A stretch of DNA of 63,420 nucleotides, filler included. It is 6 parts of 6 records of this genome, joined end to end, with 100 filler letters (N's around TTAATTAATTAA, not from the genome) between each part and the next. Parts side by side here need not be neighbours in the genome. Positions count along the whole stretch, not along the records: positions 1 to 17,021 come from DRR723986_18225; positions 17,122 to 26,982 come from DRR723986_18254; 4 more parts are not named here. One strand, 5' to 3'. The notes under the pieces are model-generated. The model searched no databases and was not told the DNA's origin. It saw only the letters and a program-made list of their open reading frames with translations. Position numbers and translations under genes: made by a program. Shown one piece after another: positions 9,079 to 17,736 of this stretch (within the stretch, counting starts at the first letter, position 1; each line of letters opens with the position of its first letter).

Positions 9079-10092
9079 ATGGCCGCGCCTAAGAAGATCA
9101 ACCTTGCCCTTCAAGGTGGCGGCGCACACGGCGCCTTCACCTGGGGCGTTCTGGACTGGTTCCTGGAAGACAAGCGGCTGAAGATCGACGCCATCAGCGG
9201 CACGTCGGCCGGTGCCATGAATGCGGTGGTGCTTGCCGGCGGCATGCAGGACGGCGGCGAAGACGGTGCGAGAGAGCGCCTTGAAGCTTTCTGGTACGAG
9301 GTCAGCCGACAGGCCAAATACAGCCCGATCCAGCGCTCGCCGCTGGACGTGTTCCTGGGGGAATGGAGCCTTGATCATTCCCCCAGCTATCTGTTCTTCG
9401 ATGTGCTGACGCGGTTTGCGTCGCCTTACGAATTCAATCCGCTCAACGCCAATCCGCTGCGCGATGTCCTGGAAAAAACCGTCGATTTCGACCGTGTTCA
9501 CCAATGCGAACACATGAAGATCTTCGTTTCGGCAACCAACGTCTTCACCGGCAAGATCCGGGTGTTCAGCGAAAAGGAAGTCACGCTGGATGCAGTGATG
9601 GCATCCGCGTGTCTGCCGCAGGTGTTCCAGGCGGTGGAAATCGAGGGCGAGCCCTATTGGGATGGCGGCTACATGGGCAATCCGCCGCTCTATCCGCTGT
9701 TCTACGACACCGACACGCCGGATGTGATGCTCATCCAGATCAACCCGATCGAACGGCGCAAGGTGCCGAAGACCGCGCGGGAGATCGTCAACCGGCTCAA
9801 CGAGATCACCTTCAATTCCACGCTCCTTCGCGAGCTCCGGGCCATCGACTTCGTCACGCGCCTGATCGAGGAAGGCAAGCTGTCGAGCGAGGAATACATG
9901 AAGGTCAACATGCACAGGATCTCCGCCGGGGAGCTGAAGCCGCTGCAGGCCTCGTCGAAACTCAACGCCGAATGGGCGTTTCTCACCGATCTCAAGGACC
10001 TTGGGCGCAAGACCGCGCAGGAATGGCTCGAGCGGCACTATGACGACATCGGCAAGCGCTCGACCATCGACGTCAAGGAAGAGATTTCCTGA
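9079..10092 (+). CDS. Patatin-like phospholipase family protein
   Basis: GGGAHG, GTSAG nucleophile, WDGG catalytic Asp. Confidence 0.92.
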   Translation: MAAPKKINLALQGGGAHGAFTWGVLDWFLEDKRLKIDAISGTSAGAMNAVVLAGGMQDGGEDGARERLEAFWYEVSRQAKYSPIQRSPLDVFLGEWSLDHSPSYLFFDVLTRFASPYEFNPLNANPLRDVLEKTVDFDRVHQCEHMKIFVSATNVFTGKIRVFSEKEVTLDAVMASACLPQVFQAVEIEGEPYWDGGYMGNPPLYPLFYDTDTPDVMLIQINPIERRKVPKTAREIVNRLNEITFNSTLLRELRAIDFVTRLIEEGKLSSEEYMKVNMHRISAGELKPLQASSKLNAEWAFLTDLKDLGRKTAQEWLERHYDDIGKRSTIDVKEEIS

Positions 10093-10254
10093 CGGACGGA
10101 CAGCTCAATTTCTTAACCTTTTGTTAGCCGTGTTTGCAGGTGGCGTTGCAATTGGCAATGCAGCAGATGTGAAGAAAGTCTAAACGGAATCAGCATCTTG
10201 TGTCAGGCGATTTTAACTGAACCAGATCTGGTTTGAATGGCTTTGAAAACAAAT

Positions 10255-10292
10255 TGGCAAGGCTTTTGCGTTTTGATTGGCACGCTGATTGT
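10255..10292 (+). promoter_or_regulatory. Two tandem sigma54 (-24/-12)-like promoters
   Basis: TGGCAAG-GCTT-TTGC (10255-10269) and TGGCACG-CTGA-TTGT (10278-10292) versus consensus TGGCACG-N4-TTGC. Confidence 0.55.
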
Positions 10293-10531
10293 CAGGTAGT
10301 GCGTCGTCAGCGCTTAGATGGACGGAAGGAGTGGGCACTCGCGACCCCGCCTGCTTCTTCCCTCCCTCCCTTGCTTCCCGGCGATGATGCCTGCCCTGCG
10401 GCAAAGGATCGCCACGAAGTGAAGCGGATCTGCCTCATTTTCTCACTTTTTCAATCTTCTGATCGGATACAGTCCTTCAACCGCCACAAGTGCGACCTAT
10501 CTTTAGGTGGAGATTGGCAAAGGGATTCGCG

Positions 10532-11362
10532 ATGAAAAACAGGGTGACCCGAGTTCTTGCAGGCTGCGTTGGCGCCATGGCCCTGCTGGTGGCAGCCGGT
10601 GGAGCACAGGCTGGCAGTGACCAAGAGCGCATGGCCGAGATCAAGGAAAAGGGCGGTTGCCCCGGTTGCGATCTTCGGCTGGCGGAACTTCGTGGTCTGG
10701 TTCTTGAAAACGGTGATTTCGGCCGTGCCAATCTGCGGGAAGTCGACCTCAAGGAAGCCCTGTTGAAAGACGCGAACTTCAAGGGCTCCGATTTCCGGCG
10801 GACGGAAGCCGAGCGGGCGGATTTCTCCGGCAGCGATTTTTCCGGTGCGAACATGCGCTCCGTCGATCTTGAAAAAGCCAATCTGAACAAAACGAATTTC
10901 CAGGATGCGGACCTTCGGGACGCGGACCTGAACACGGTTGAGGCAAATGGAGCCGTTTTCGACGGCGCGGACATGCGCAATGTCCTGTTGACCCGGTCGA
11001 TTGCGGACGCGGCTTCCTTCAAGGGTGCCAAGATGGATGATGCCAACCTTGAGCGCGTGGACCTGAATGGCGCCAACTTCCAGGATGCCCGCATGCGCCA
11101 GGCCAAGCTCGACAGGGTCAAGGCTCATAACGCCAATTTTTCCGGGGCGGATTTCACCGGCGTGCGGCTGGTCAGTTCGGACCTGACGGGCGCAAATCTG
11201 AAGGGTGTTGATTTCGATGGCGCTCTTCTGCGCCGTACCCGTCTCGCCGGGGCGGATCTGTCGGGTGCCTATAATCTCGACCCCAGCCGCATCCTCGGTG
11301 CCTGCGGCGACGAGAACACCAAGCTGCCGAACGGCATCAAGCTCGTCCCCTGCGCCTACTAG
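10532..11362 (+). CDS. Exported pentapeptide-repeat protein
   Basis: Signal peptide (AQA), CPGC, long A(D/N)(L/F)xx repeat run, C-terminal ACGD...PC. Confidence 0.93.
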   Translation: MKNRVTRVLAGCVGAMALLVAAGGAQAGSDQERMAEIKEKGGCPGCDLRLAELRGLVLENGDFGRANLREVDLKEALLKDANFKGSDFRRTEAERADFSGSDFSGANMRSVDLEKANLNKTNFQDADLRDADLNTVEANGAVFDGADMRNVLLTRSIADAASFKGAKMDDANLERVDLNGANFQDARMRQAKLDRVKAHNANFSGADFTGVRLVSSDLTGANLKGVDFDGALLRRTRLAGADLSGAYNLDPSRILGACGDENTKLPNGIKLVPCAY

Positions 11363-11560
11363 GTGCGTCCGAGCGGTTCTCCGTCCATTCGACTTGCCAC
11401 TTCGCAAAGTGAGCGTTTCGGCTTTGCCGAAACGCGTGCACGGGTTGCGCAATGATCGTGCCTGCAGGACAGGTCAAGCCGGCTTGAACTCAAGAACTTC
11501 CATGCGCTCCCGGGATGTATGTCCCGAACAGGCGGATCAACCGGCGTGTCGGTCGACCAG

Positions 11561-11597
11561 AAACAAAAAATGCTGCCACACGTGGTGCGGCAGCATC
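11561..11597 (-). terminator. Intrinsic terminator of the MipA gene
   Basis: ATGCTGCCGC...GTGGCAGCAT stem followed by a T-run on the minus strand. Confidence 0.7.
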
Positions 11598-11621
11598 TTG
11601 AACATTGCGGAAACGGGTTTC

Positions 11622-12422
11622 CTAGAACAGGTCGAAGGCGAAACGGTAGGTGACGCCGGCACCGATGCTGAACTGGTTTTCGCTGCCGTTCTTGGCGATC
11701 GGGCTGTCCGCTGCGTCGCCAACCAGCCGGTCATAGCCACCTTGCAGGTGCAGGCGGACGTCGTCGTTGAAATCATAGCTGGCGCGGGCTGCCAGGCCGA
11801 CACTCTTGAAGCCGGCGCTCGGGTTGAACTTCGTCAGGCGACCACCGCTGTTGGCTGCTTCGGTCGAGCTCACGCCGAAATAGGTGTCCATGTATTCGTC
11901 AGAAGCAAAGCCCGCACGCGGACCGAAGCTGACTTCCCACTTTTCAGCGGGATAGACGATGCCGTCGAGGCCGAGCTGACCAACCTGGCCCGTGTGCCCG
12001 TTGATGCCCTGACGCAGTTCGGCGAAAGCGCGGAAATGCTCGGTGCGGAAACCACCGCCGAGACCGAGCTCAAGCGCCCAGTCGATGGTGTTGGTGCCGG
12101 TCAGATCGGTGCTGTCGCTGGCCTTGCGCTCGCCGATGAAGTTGAACGACGGGTAGAAGAACACACCGGACTTGCGGCGGCCGTCGACAACCTGGCCAAG
12201 GCCGGGGAAGTAGAAGCGGCCGACCGAAACGATCGGGAAGGGGTAGACCAGATAGGAGTCTGCAGCCTCGTAACGCGGCTGGACAATGGCGCCGACACCG
12301 AGGTCAACCACGAACTGGCGGTTCGCATCCTGCTCAGACAGGTCTCCACTCTGCGCCAGAGCGGCTCCAGACACAGCGCTTAGAGCAAGCGCCAGCGCGG
12401 CGCGCGTCATCAACTTGAACAT
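11622..12422 (-). CDS. MipA/OmpV family outer-membrane protein
   Basis: Signal peptide, PRYE motif, [16 protein letters not shown]-terminal aromatic beta strand. Confidence 0.88.
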   Translation of the reverse strand: MFKLMTRAALALALSAVSGAALAQSGDLSEQDANRQFVVDLGVGAIVQPRYEAADSYLVYPFPIVSVGRFYFPGLGQVVDGRRKSGVFFYPSFNFIGERKASDSTDLTGTNTIDWALELGLGGGFRTEHFRAFAELRQGINGHTGQVGQLGLDGIVYPAEKWEVSFGPRAGFASDEYMDTYFGVSSTEAANSGGRLTKFNPSAGFKSVGLAARASYDFNDDVRLHLQGGYDRLVGDAADSPIAKNGSENQFSIGAGVTYRFAFDLF

Positions 12423-12650
12423 TCAACCCCATCCGACAAGGAATTCCGTTGGCAGGAAGATAGCACGAGAAGGGCTTACACAAACCCTAAGCTGAGAGGG
12501 TTTTGCCGGACTGTTGCATTTCCGCACCGCCCTGTTGCTGGTGCGAAGCTTAAGCACAATCAAATGTCGGTGACGCTGCCGTCTTGCAGCAGGGCTGTCA
12601 GGAAGCTACATGAGGGCAAGACCAGATTTCGAACGGCAACGGACCGGACC

Positions 12651-12947
12651 ATGACCGCACTCTTCAACGTGATACTGCTCGCCCTGGAACTCTACACGTA
12701 TGTGATCATCGCCAGCGCGATCTTCTCCTGGCTCTATGCCTTCAACATCGTCAATTCGAGCAATCAGATCATCAATTCCATTGGCCGGGTTCTCTACAAT
12801 CTGACGGAGCCCGCGCTCCGGCCGATCCGCCGGTTCCTGCCCGATCTCGGCGGTGTCGACATTTCTCCGGTGATCCTGCTGCTGGCGATCATCTTTGTCC
12901 GCCAGCTGATCATCCTGAACATCCTGCCGATGTTCCGAGGCTACTGA
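12651..12947 (+). CDS. yggT: YggT family membrane protein
   Basis: [23 protein letters not shown] signature. Confidence 0.92.
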   Translation: MTALFNVILLALELYTYVIIASAIFSWLYAFNIVNSSNQIINSIGRVLYNLTEPALRPIRRFLPDLGGVDISPVILLLAIIFVRQLIILNILPMFRGY

Positions 12948-13034
12948 CGCCCTCACCATGAAGGGCCCGGGCCGGTGTGCCGGGCTTCAAACGGTTGCTC
13001 CGGCCTCTTCGTACCAAGTGCTTCAAGCGCATTT

Positions 13035-13221
13035 CGGCGCCGTCGCAGACGCCAGGCTGCAAATCCGTCAGGTCGCCACGACGCAGGTCAGTGCGTTCTG
13101 GCAGGGTGGAGGTGTCGGAACTCTCGCGCACAAGGGCCGTGACGGTATGCCCCTGGTCCAACAAATCCTGCGTCAACAAGAGGCCGGTTTTGCCTGTGGC
13201 GCCGGCAATGAGAATGTTCAT
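13035..13221 (-). pseudogene. Truncated NAD(P)-binding SDR/NmrA-like oxidoreductase
   Basis: MNILIAGATGKTG...TALVR...GDLTD Rossmann start; similarity is lost after about 62 codons. Confidence 0.75.
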
Positions 13222-13393
13222 GGGCTTGGAAGCCTTCTTTTCATGAGTTTAAACGGGTGAAGCCATCGGACCGGCGGCCTGCGTGGCGGCTGTGTATCCC
13301 GGCTCGCTTTGCAGGGCATCGAGAATAACGATTAGAGGCAGATCGCTTTTATCTGGGAGCGCTCGAGGTCACTTGGGGTCGGCAACCGCAGGA

Positions 13394-14068
13394 CTAGAGC
13401 AACGCCAGCAGCTTCCTGGCGGCCTCTGCCGACGAGGCCGGGTTCTGGCCAGTGACGAGCTTGCCGTCGGTCACCACGAAGGACGCCCAGTCATCACCCT
13501 TTTTGTAGTTGCCACCGTTTGATTTCAGCATGTCCTCTACAAGGAACGGCACTACATCGGTCAGGCCGACGCCCTCTTCCTCGGTATTGGTAAAGCCGGT
13601 GACTGTCTTGCCGGAGACCAGCGACTTCCCGTCGGCACCCTGAGTGTGGCGAAAGACGGCGGGCGCGTGACAGACCGCGCCGATCGGGCGATCATTGGCG
13701 GAAAAGGTCTCGATCAGGGTCCGGCTGTCGGAGTCCTCGGCCAGATCCCAGAGCGGTCCGTGGCCACCGGGATAGAAGATGGCGTCGAAGTCATCCGCCG
13801 AAATGTTCGACAGCTTGGTGGTATTCGCCAGATCCTTCTGGGCCGCGTCGTCTGACTTGAACCGCTCTGTCGCATCGGTCTGAGCGTCCTCGGTATCGCT
13901 GGAGGGATCCAGCGGCGGCTGCCCTCCCTTGGGCGAGGCCAGGGTGATCTGGGCACCGGCATCCTTGAACACGTAGTAGGGCGCGGCGAATTCCTCGAGC
14001 CAGAAACCGGTCTTTTTGCCGGTGTCGCCGAGTTCATCGTGGGACGTCAGAACCATCAGTATTTTCAT
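13394..14068 (-). CDS. DJ-1/PfpI (type 1 glutamine amidotransferase-like, glyoxalase III-like) protein
   Basis: TGFWLEE, PGGHGP, AVCHAP, TGQNP. Confidence 0.92.
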   Translation of the reverse strand: MKILMVLTSHDELGDTGKKTGFWLEEFAAPYYVFKDAGAQITLASPKGGQPPLDPSSDTEDAQTDATERFKSDDAAQKDLANTTKLSNISADDFDAIFYPGGHGPLWDLAEDSDSRTLIETFSANDRPIGAVCHAPAVFRHTQGADGKSLVSGKTVTGFTNTEEEGVGLTDVVPFLVEDMLKSNGGNYKKGDDWASFVVTDGKLVTGQNPASSAEAARKLLALL

Positions 14069-14092
14069 GGGATTTTCCTTTAAAATTGGAGT

Positions 14093-15124
14093 TCAATCGT
14101 TCAGCTTGATGACACGTTTGCCGAATGCGTCGCCTCTCAGAAGGCCAATGAATGCCTCCGGCGCCTGTTCCAGTCCCGCGATCATCTCTTCGCGGTACTT
14201 TATCCTGCCGTCTCGGACCCACTCGCCCATCTGGCTTGCAAAGTCAGGATAAAGGTGCCCGAAGTCGTCGAAGACGATGAACCCCCGCATGGTCATCCGC
14301 TTGGTCAGGATGGCGCGCATCAGCAGGCTCAGGCGGTCCGGTCCGTCAGGCAGGGATGTGGCGTTGTATTGCGAGATCAGGCCGCAGACAGGGACGCGTG
14401 CCCTGGTATTCAACAACGGAAGGACAGCATCAAAAACGGCGCCACCGACATTCTCGAAATAGACGTCAATCCCGTCGGGAGTCGCATCTTTCAGCGCATC
14501 GCGAAACCCGTCCGCCTTGTAATCCACGCAGGCGTCAAACCCGAGCGTGTTCACCACATGACCGCACTTTTCCGCACCACCGGCAATGCCGACGACGCGG
14601 CACCCCAGGATCTTGCCGATCTGTCCGACAGTAGCACCCACGGGCCCACTAGCTCCCGCCACGACGATCGTCTCGCCCGCCTTGGGCTGTCCGATCTGTG
14701 TCAGCCCGGCCCATGCCGTCAGCCCCGGCATCCCCAGAACGCCAAGCGCCCAGGAGGGATTTTCCGGCTTCGAGCCCATGTTGATGATGCCCTTGCCATC
14801 CGACACCGCGTAGTCCTGCCAACCGCCAAAGGCTTGCACCCAGTCGCCTTCCTTGAACCCCTCGACGTCCGAGGTGACAACTCTGGCGACCGTTCCCCCG
14901 ATCATCGCCTCGCCAATGCCCACCGGGTCGGCATAGGACGGTGCGTCGCTCATCCGGCCCCGCATGTAGGGGTCGAGCGACAGGAATTCGTTTTGCAAAA
15001 GCATCTCGCCCTTGCCCGCCTTGGGTATGTCGGACGTCTCGAGTCGCAAGGTATTCGCGTCAGGTTCTCCGTGGGGGCGCTCTGCAAGGACGAACCTGCG
15101 GTTTTCTTGGCGTGATTGGGTCAT
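14093..15124 (-). CDS. NADP-dependent oxidoreductase (CurA/YncB, prostaglandin reductase-like)
   Basis: SLDPYMRGRM, GMPGLTA, GASGPVG, DVYFENVGG; start 15124 or 15133. Confidence 0.92.
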   Translation of the reverse strand: MTQSRQENRRFVLAERPHGEPDANTLRLETSDIPKAGKGEMLLQNEFLSLDPYMRGRMSDAPSYADPVGIGEAMIGGTVARVVTSDVEGFKEGDWVQAFGGWQDYAVSDGKGIINMGSKPENPSWALGVLGMPGLTAWAGLTQIGQPKAGETIVVAGASGPVGATVGQIGKILGCRVVGIAGGAEKCGHVVNTLGFDACVDYKADGFRDALKDATPDGIDVYFENVGGAVFDAVLPLLNTRARVPVCGLISQYNATSLPDGPDRLSLLMRAILTKRMTMRGFIVFDDFGHLYPDFASQMGEWVRDGRIKYREEMIAGLEQAPEAFIGLLRGDAFGKRVIKLND

Positions 15125-15213
15125 GGATCTCATTCTCGACGGAGTAGGGTTTAAATTTGAACGGGACGGATGGAAAAAAGTTCCGGGCGGTGATGGCCGG
15201 TCACCTGCGCTCC

Positions 15214-15711
15214 TCAGGAATAGGCCCCGTTCGAATAGGTCAGCTCATAGCTGTGGCTATAAAGCTCGAAGACGACGCCGAACGGGTCCTCGACGTAGAC
15301 CATGCGGAAGGGCTTTTCGTCCGGGAAGTATTCGCGCACGGGCATGCGCTGCTTGCCACCGGCTGCAACGATCTTTTCCAGAAGGTCTTCGAGGTTGGGA
15401 TCCTGTACCGCGAAGTGGAACGTGCCGTGACGGCGGTAGGCGAAGTTGTCTTCGGGTTCCTCGTTGCCCTTGAACTCGAACAACTCGAACCCGATTCCGT
15501 CCGCAGTCGACAGGTGTGCGATCCGCAGCCGGTCCCAGCCGGGGCCGAAGACGTCGGTGCACATCACGCCGATGGCACTGTCGTCCTCGGTCACTTCGCT
15601 AGGGGCCATGAGGATGTAGAATCCCATCACTTCGGAATAGAATTTTACGGCTGCGTCCAGATCGGGGACAGAGATCCCGATGTGGGAAAACGTGCGTGGT
15701 GTCGGAGCCAT
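15214..15711 (-). CDS. VOC / lactoylglutathione lyase family protein
   Basis: FSHIGISVPDL, ELFEF, FHFAV, EDPFG..FELY. Confidence 0.88.
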   Translation of the reverse strand: MAPTPRTFSHIGISVPDLDAAVKFYSEVMGFYILMAPSEVTEDDSAIGVMCTDVFGPGWDRLRIAHLSTADGIGFELFEFKGNEEPEDNFAYRRHGTFHFAVQDPNLEDLLEKIVAAGGKQRMPVREYFPDEKPFRMVYVEDPFGVVFELYSHSYELTYSNGAYS

Positions 15712-15814
15712 AGTCTTGTCCTTTTGGTGTTTGCTCGAAAGATAGATAGACGCAGCGCGTATCAATGTGAAATTATCGTTCGGAATGGATTTCCAAACGG
15801 ATTGTAATGATGGC

Positions 15815-16705
15815 ATGCTGAATGCAACCTGGCTTGAAACCTTCGTCACTCTCGCGGAAAGCGGTCATTTTACCCGCGCTGCCGCGCGTCTGAACATGAC
15901 GCAACCCGGCGTGTCGCAGCAGCTGCGCAAGTTGGAGCGACAAGTCGGACAACGCCTGATCGCACAGGAGGGCAAGAGCTTTACTTTGACCCCGGCGGGC
16001 GAGGCGGTACGCGACCTGGGTCTTGCGCGCAGGGCCCAGGAACGGCAGCTGCGCGCTTCGATCACCGCCGACGATCCGGACATCGGTGAAGTGCGGATCG
16101 CCTGCTCGGGTAGCTTTGCACAGCTACTCTATCCGCAACTGATCGCAGTGATGCGCGGTGCCCCGCAATTGGCGATCCATCTCGAAGCGGCCCCGCAGGC
16201 CAGCGTGCTGTCAGGCGTGCTGGAGGGGCGCTTTGATCTGGGCGTGATCGGGCAGGACCCCAATCACCCGCGTCTGGATGCCAAAATGATCGGACAGGAG
16301 GAGCTGTGCCTGGTCCTGCCCGCAGAGGCGACCGATGTGCCGGTGACCTTCGAGGATCTGGAAAACCGCGGCTTCGTGGCCCATCCTGACGGGTTTGCCT
16401 ACGCCAACGATCTGCTGGCCCTGAACTTTCCCGACACCTTCAGCGGCGCTGACCGCCTGCGCGTGCGGACCGTCGTGAACCAGATCGGACAGATCCCTGC
16501 ACCCGTCGCCTGCGGCATCGGCTACACCCTGTTGCCCCGCAGCGCGATCGAAGCCTTTCCCGGGCGCGAACAACTGACCGTCGCGACATTGCCTCATCGC
16601 CGCCACCACGACCTGTGGTCGATCGTGCGAAAAGGCTCCGAGCCATCCGCCCGGCTCCGCAGGGTCATGGGGATCGCAGAAAAGGTTGCCGGAACACTTG
16701 GCTGA
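15815..16705 (+). CDS. LysR family transcriptional regulator
   Basis: HFTRAAARLNMTQPGVSQQLRKLE HTH; divergent from the VOC operon. Confidence 0.93.
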   Translation: MLNATWLETFVTLAESGHFTRAAARLNMTQPGVSQQLRKLERQVGQRLIAQEGKSFTLTPAGEAVRDLGLARRAQERQLRASITADDPDIGEVRIACSGSFAQLLYPQLIAVMRGAPQLAIHLEAAPQASVLSGVLEGRFDLGVIGQDPNHPRLDAKMIGQEELCLVLPAEATDVPVTFEDLENRGFVAHPDGFAYANDLLALNFPDTFSGADRLRVRTVVNQIGQIPAPVACGIGYTLLPRSAIEAFPGREQLTVATLPHRRHHDLWSIVRKGSEPSARLRRVMGIAEKVAGTLG

Positions 16706-16811
16706 CGAGCCAAAGTTACTGCAAAGCCTTCTGAGTGCAATTTTCAAAATACGTAGCAGCATTAGCGCTGGATGCTGCACCCAGAAGACGAAATCAGCCT
16801 CTGGTGAAGCC

Positions 16812-17021
16812 GCAGCAAAAGTCTGCTTCATCCGTGAAGCAGTGATCTGGCGGGGACCCGTCTTCGCAAATGCAATGAATGGTAGCTTCGGCCAACTTCA
16901 CCGCAGCAGCGTGTCAGCAGGTGAACGTCCACTTCGGGCCGTAAGCGGCGCCAGTGAAGTCGATTGTTCCACCCCGCGGCATGGCCGGTTTGAGCCCGCT
17001 TTGACCAATGCTGCATTTTGC
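16812..17021. repeat. Cluster of about four degenerate short hairpin-like repeats
   Basis: Units near 16812, 16872, 16917 and 16976 loosely matching GCAGCGAATGTCCGCTTCGGGCC; perfect stem CTGCTTCA-TCCG-TGAAGCAG in the first. Confidence 0.4.
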
Positions 17022-17121
17022 NNNNNNNNNNNNNNNNNNNNNNNNNNNNNNNNNNNNNNNNNNNNTTAATTAATTAANNNNNNNNNNNNNNNNNNNNNNN
17101 NNNNNNNNNNNNNNNNNNNNN
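17022..17121. other. Artificial contig spacer
   Basis: 44 N + TTAATTAATTAA (stops in all six frames) + 44 N. Confidence 0.99.
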
Positions 17122-17189
17122 GCAATCATACAAAGTATCGTTTCTCAACCGGTCAACGTTTTTGGCTTGCATCCAACACCAAACTGTTA

Positions 17190-17364
17190 ATAATTTGTGG
17201 ATGGGGGTGGTTGCCAGCCCCGAGATTTGAGACTATCACCGGCGAATAATCGGTTTTCTGGTTCTATTGACCTCTGAACTTTTTGGGATTGCGGCGCATA
17301 TTCACTTGTACATAATTTGTGGATGGGGATGGTTGCCAGCCCCAAGACTTGAGTCTGTCACCGG
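17190..17364. repeat. Two 53-bp direct repeats (17190-17242, 17312-17364) separated by 69 bp
   Basis: ATAATTTGTGGATGGGG(G/A)TGGTTGCCAGCCCC(G/A)AGA(T/C)TTGAG(A/T)CT(A/G)TCACCGG; 48/53 identical. Confidence 0.9.
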
Positions 17365-17461
17365 TCAGCTTCCGCACTAAAACGCGAAGCACCGGCGCGA
17401 CAACCCTCAGCGCATCCATTTCTTTGGCACCCTCGGCCTCCCCGGGACTATTCTCTGATGC

Positions 17462-17530
17462 CCCAACAACTAACAAAAACTCAAACAAGCCTGAGACCAA
17501 AGTGAAGCGGAGGGCTCAAAGCGCTCATGC
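17462..17530 (+). repeat. Intergenic hairpin repeat family C, copy 1
   Basis: CTAACAAAAACTCAAACAAGCCTGAGACC...GGGCTCAAAGCGCTCATGC; closely similar copy at 24320-24392. Confidence 0.85.
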
Positions 17531-17736
17531 AATTACCCGCCAAAGGAGCATCGACCTCAGAAAACCATTCGTTTTGCACCCTGCACCGCCACCGGCCCCT
17601 GAATCCCCGAGATCCAGAGTTACAACACATCAACACTTGAATCCCACAAAATTCAAACGTAATTTGCTCGCTTGCCTCAATCATACATTGTGGCTTTGAC
17701 GCGAACCAGCGCTGCAGAGCCAATGGAGCAAACCAA

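Noticed and set aside
8041-10038. 665-aa antisense ORF over bdhA/patatin
   Set aside because: Shadow ORF from high-GC codon bias opposite well-supported genes; no recognisable motifs.
10532-11362. Qnr/MfpA quinolone-resistance protein
   Set aside because: It carries a signal peptide, so it is exported and cannot protect cytoplasmic gyrase.
17190-17364. CRISPR array call for the 53-bp repeats
   Set aside because: Only two imperfect copies, a 69-bp spacer and no cas genes; kept only as an unexplained repeat.
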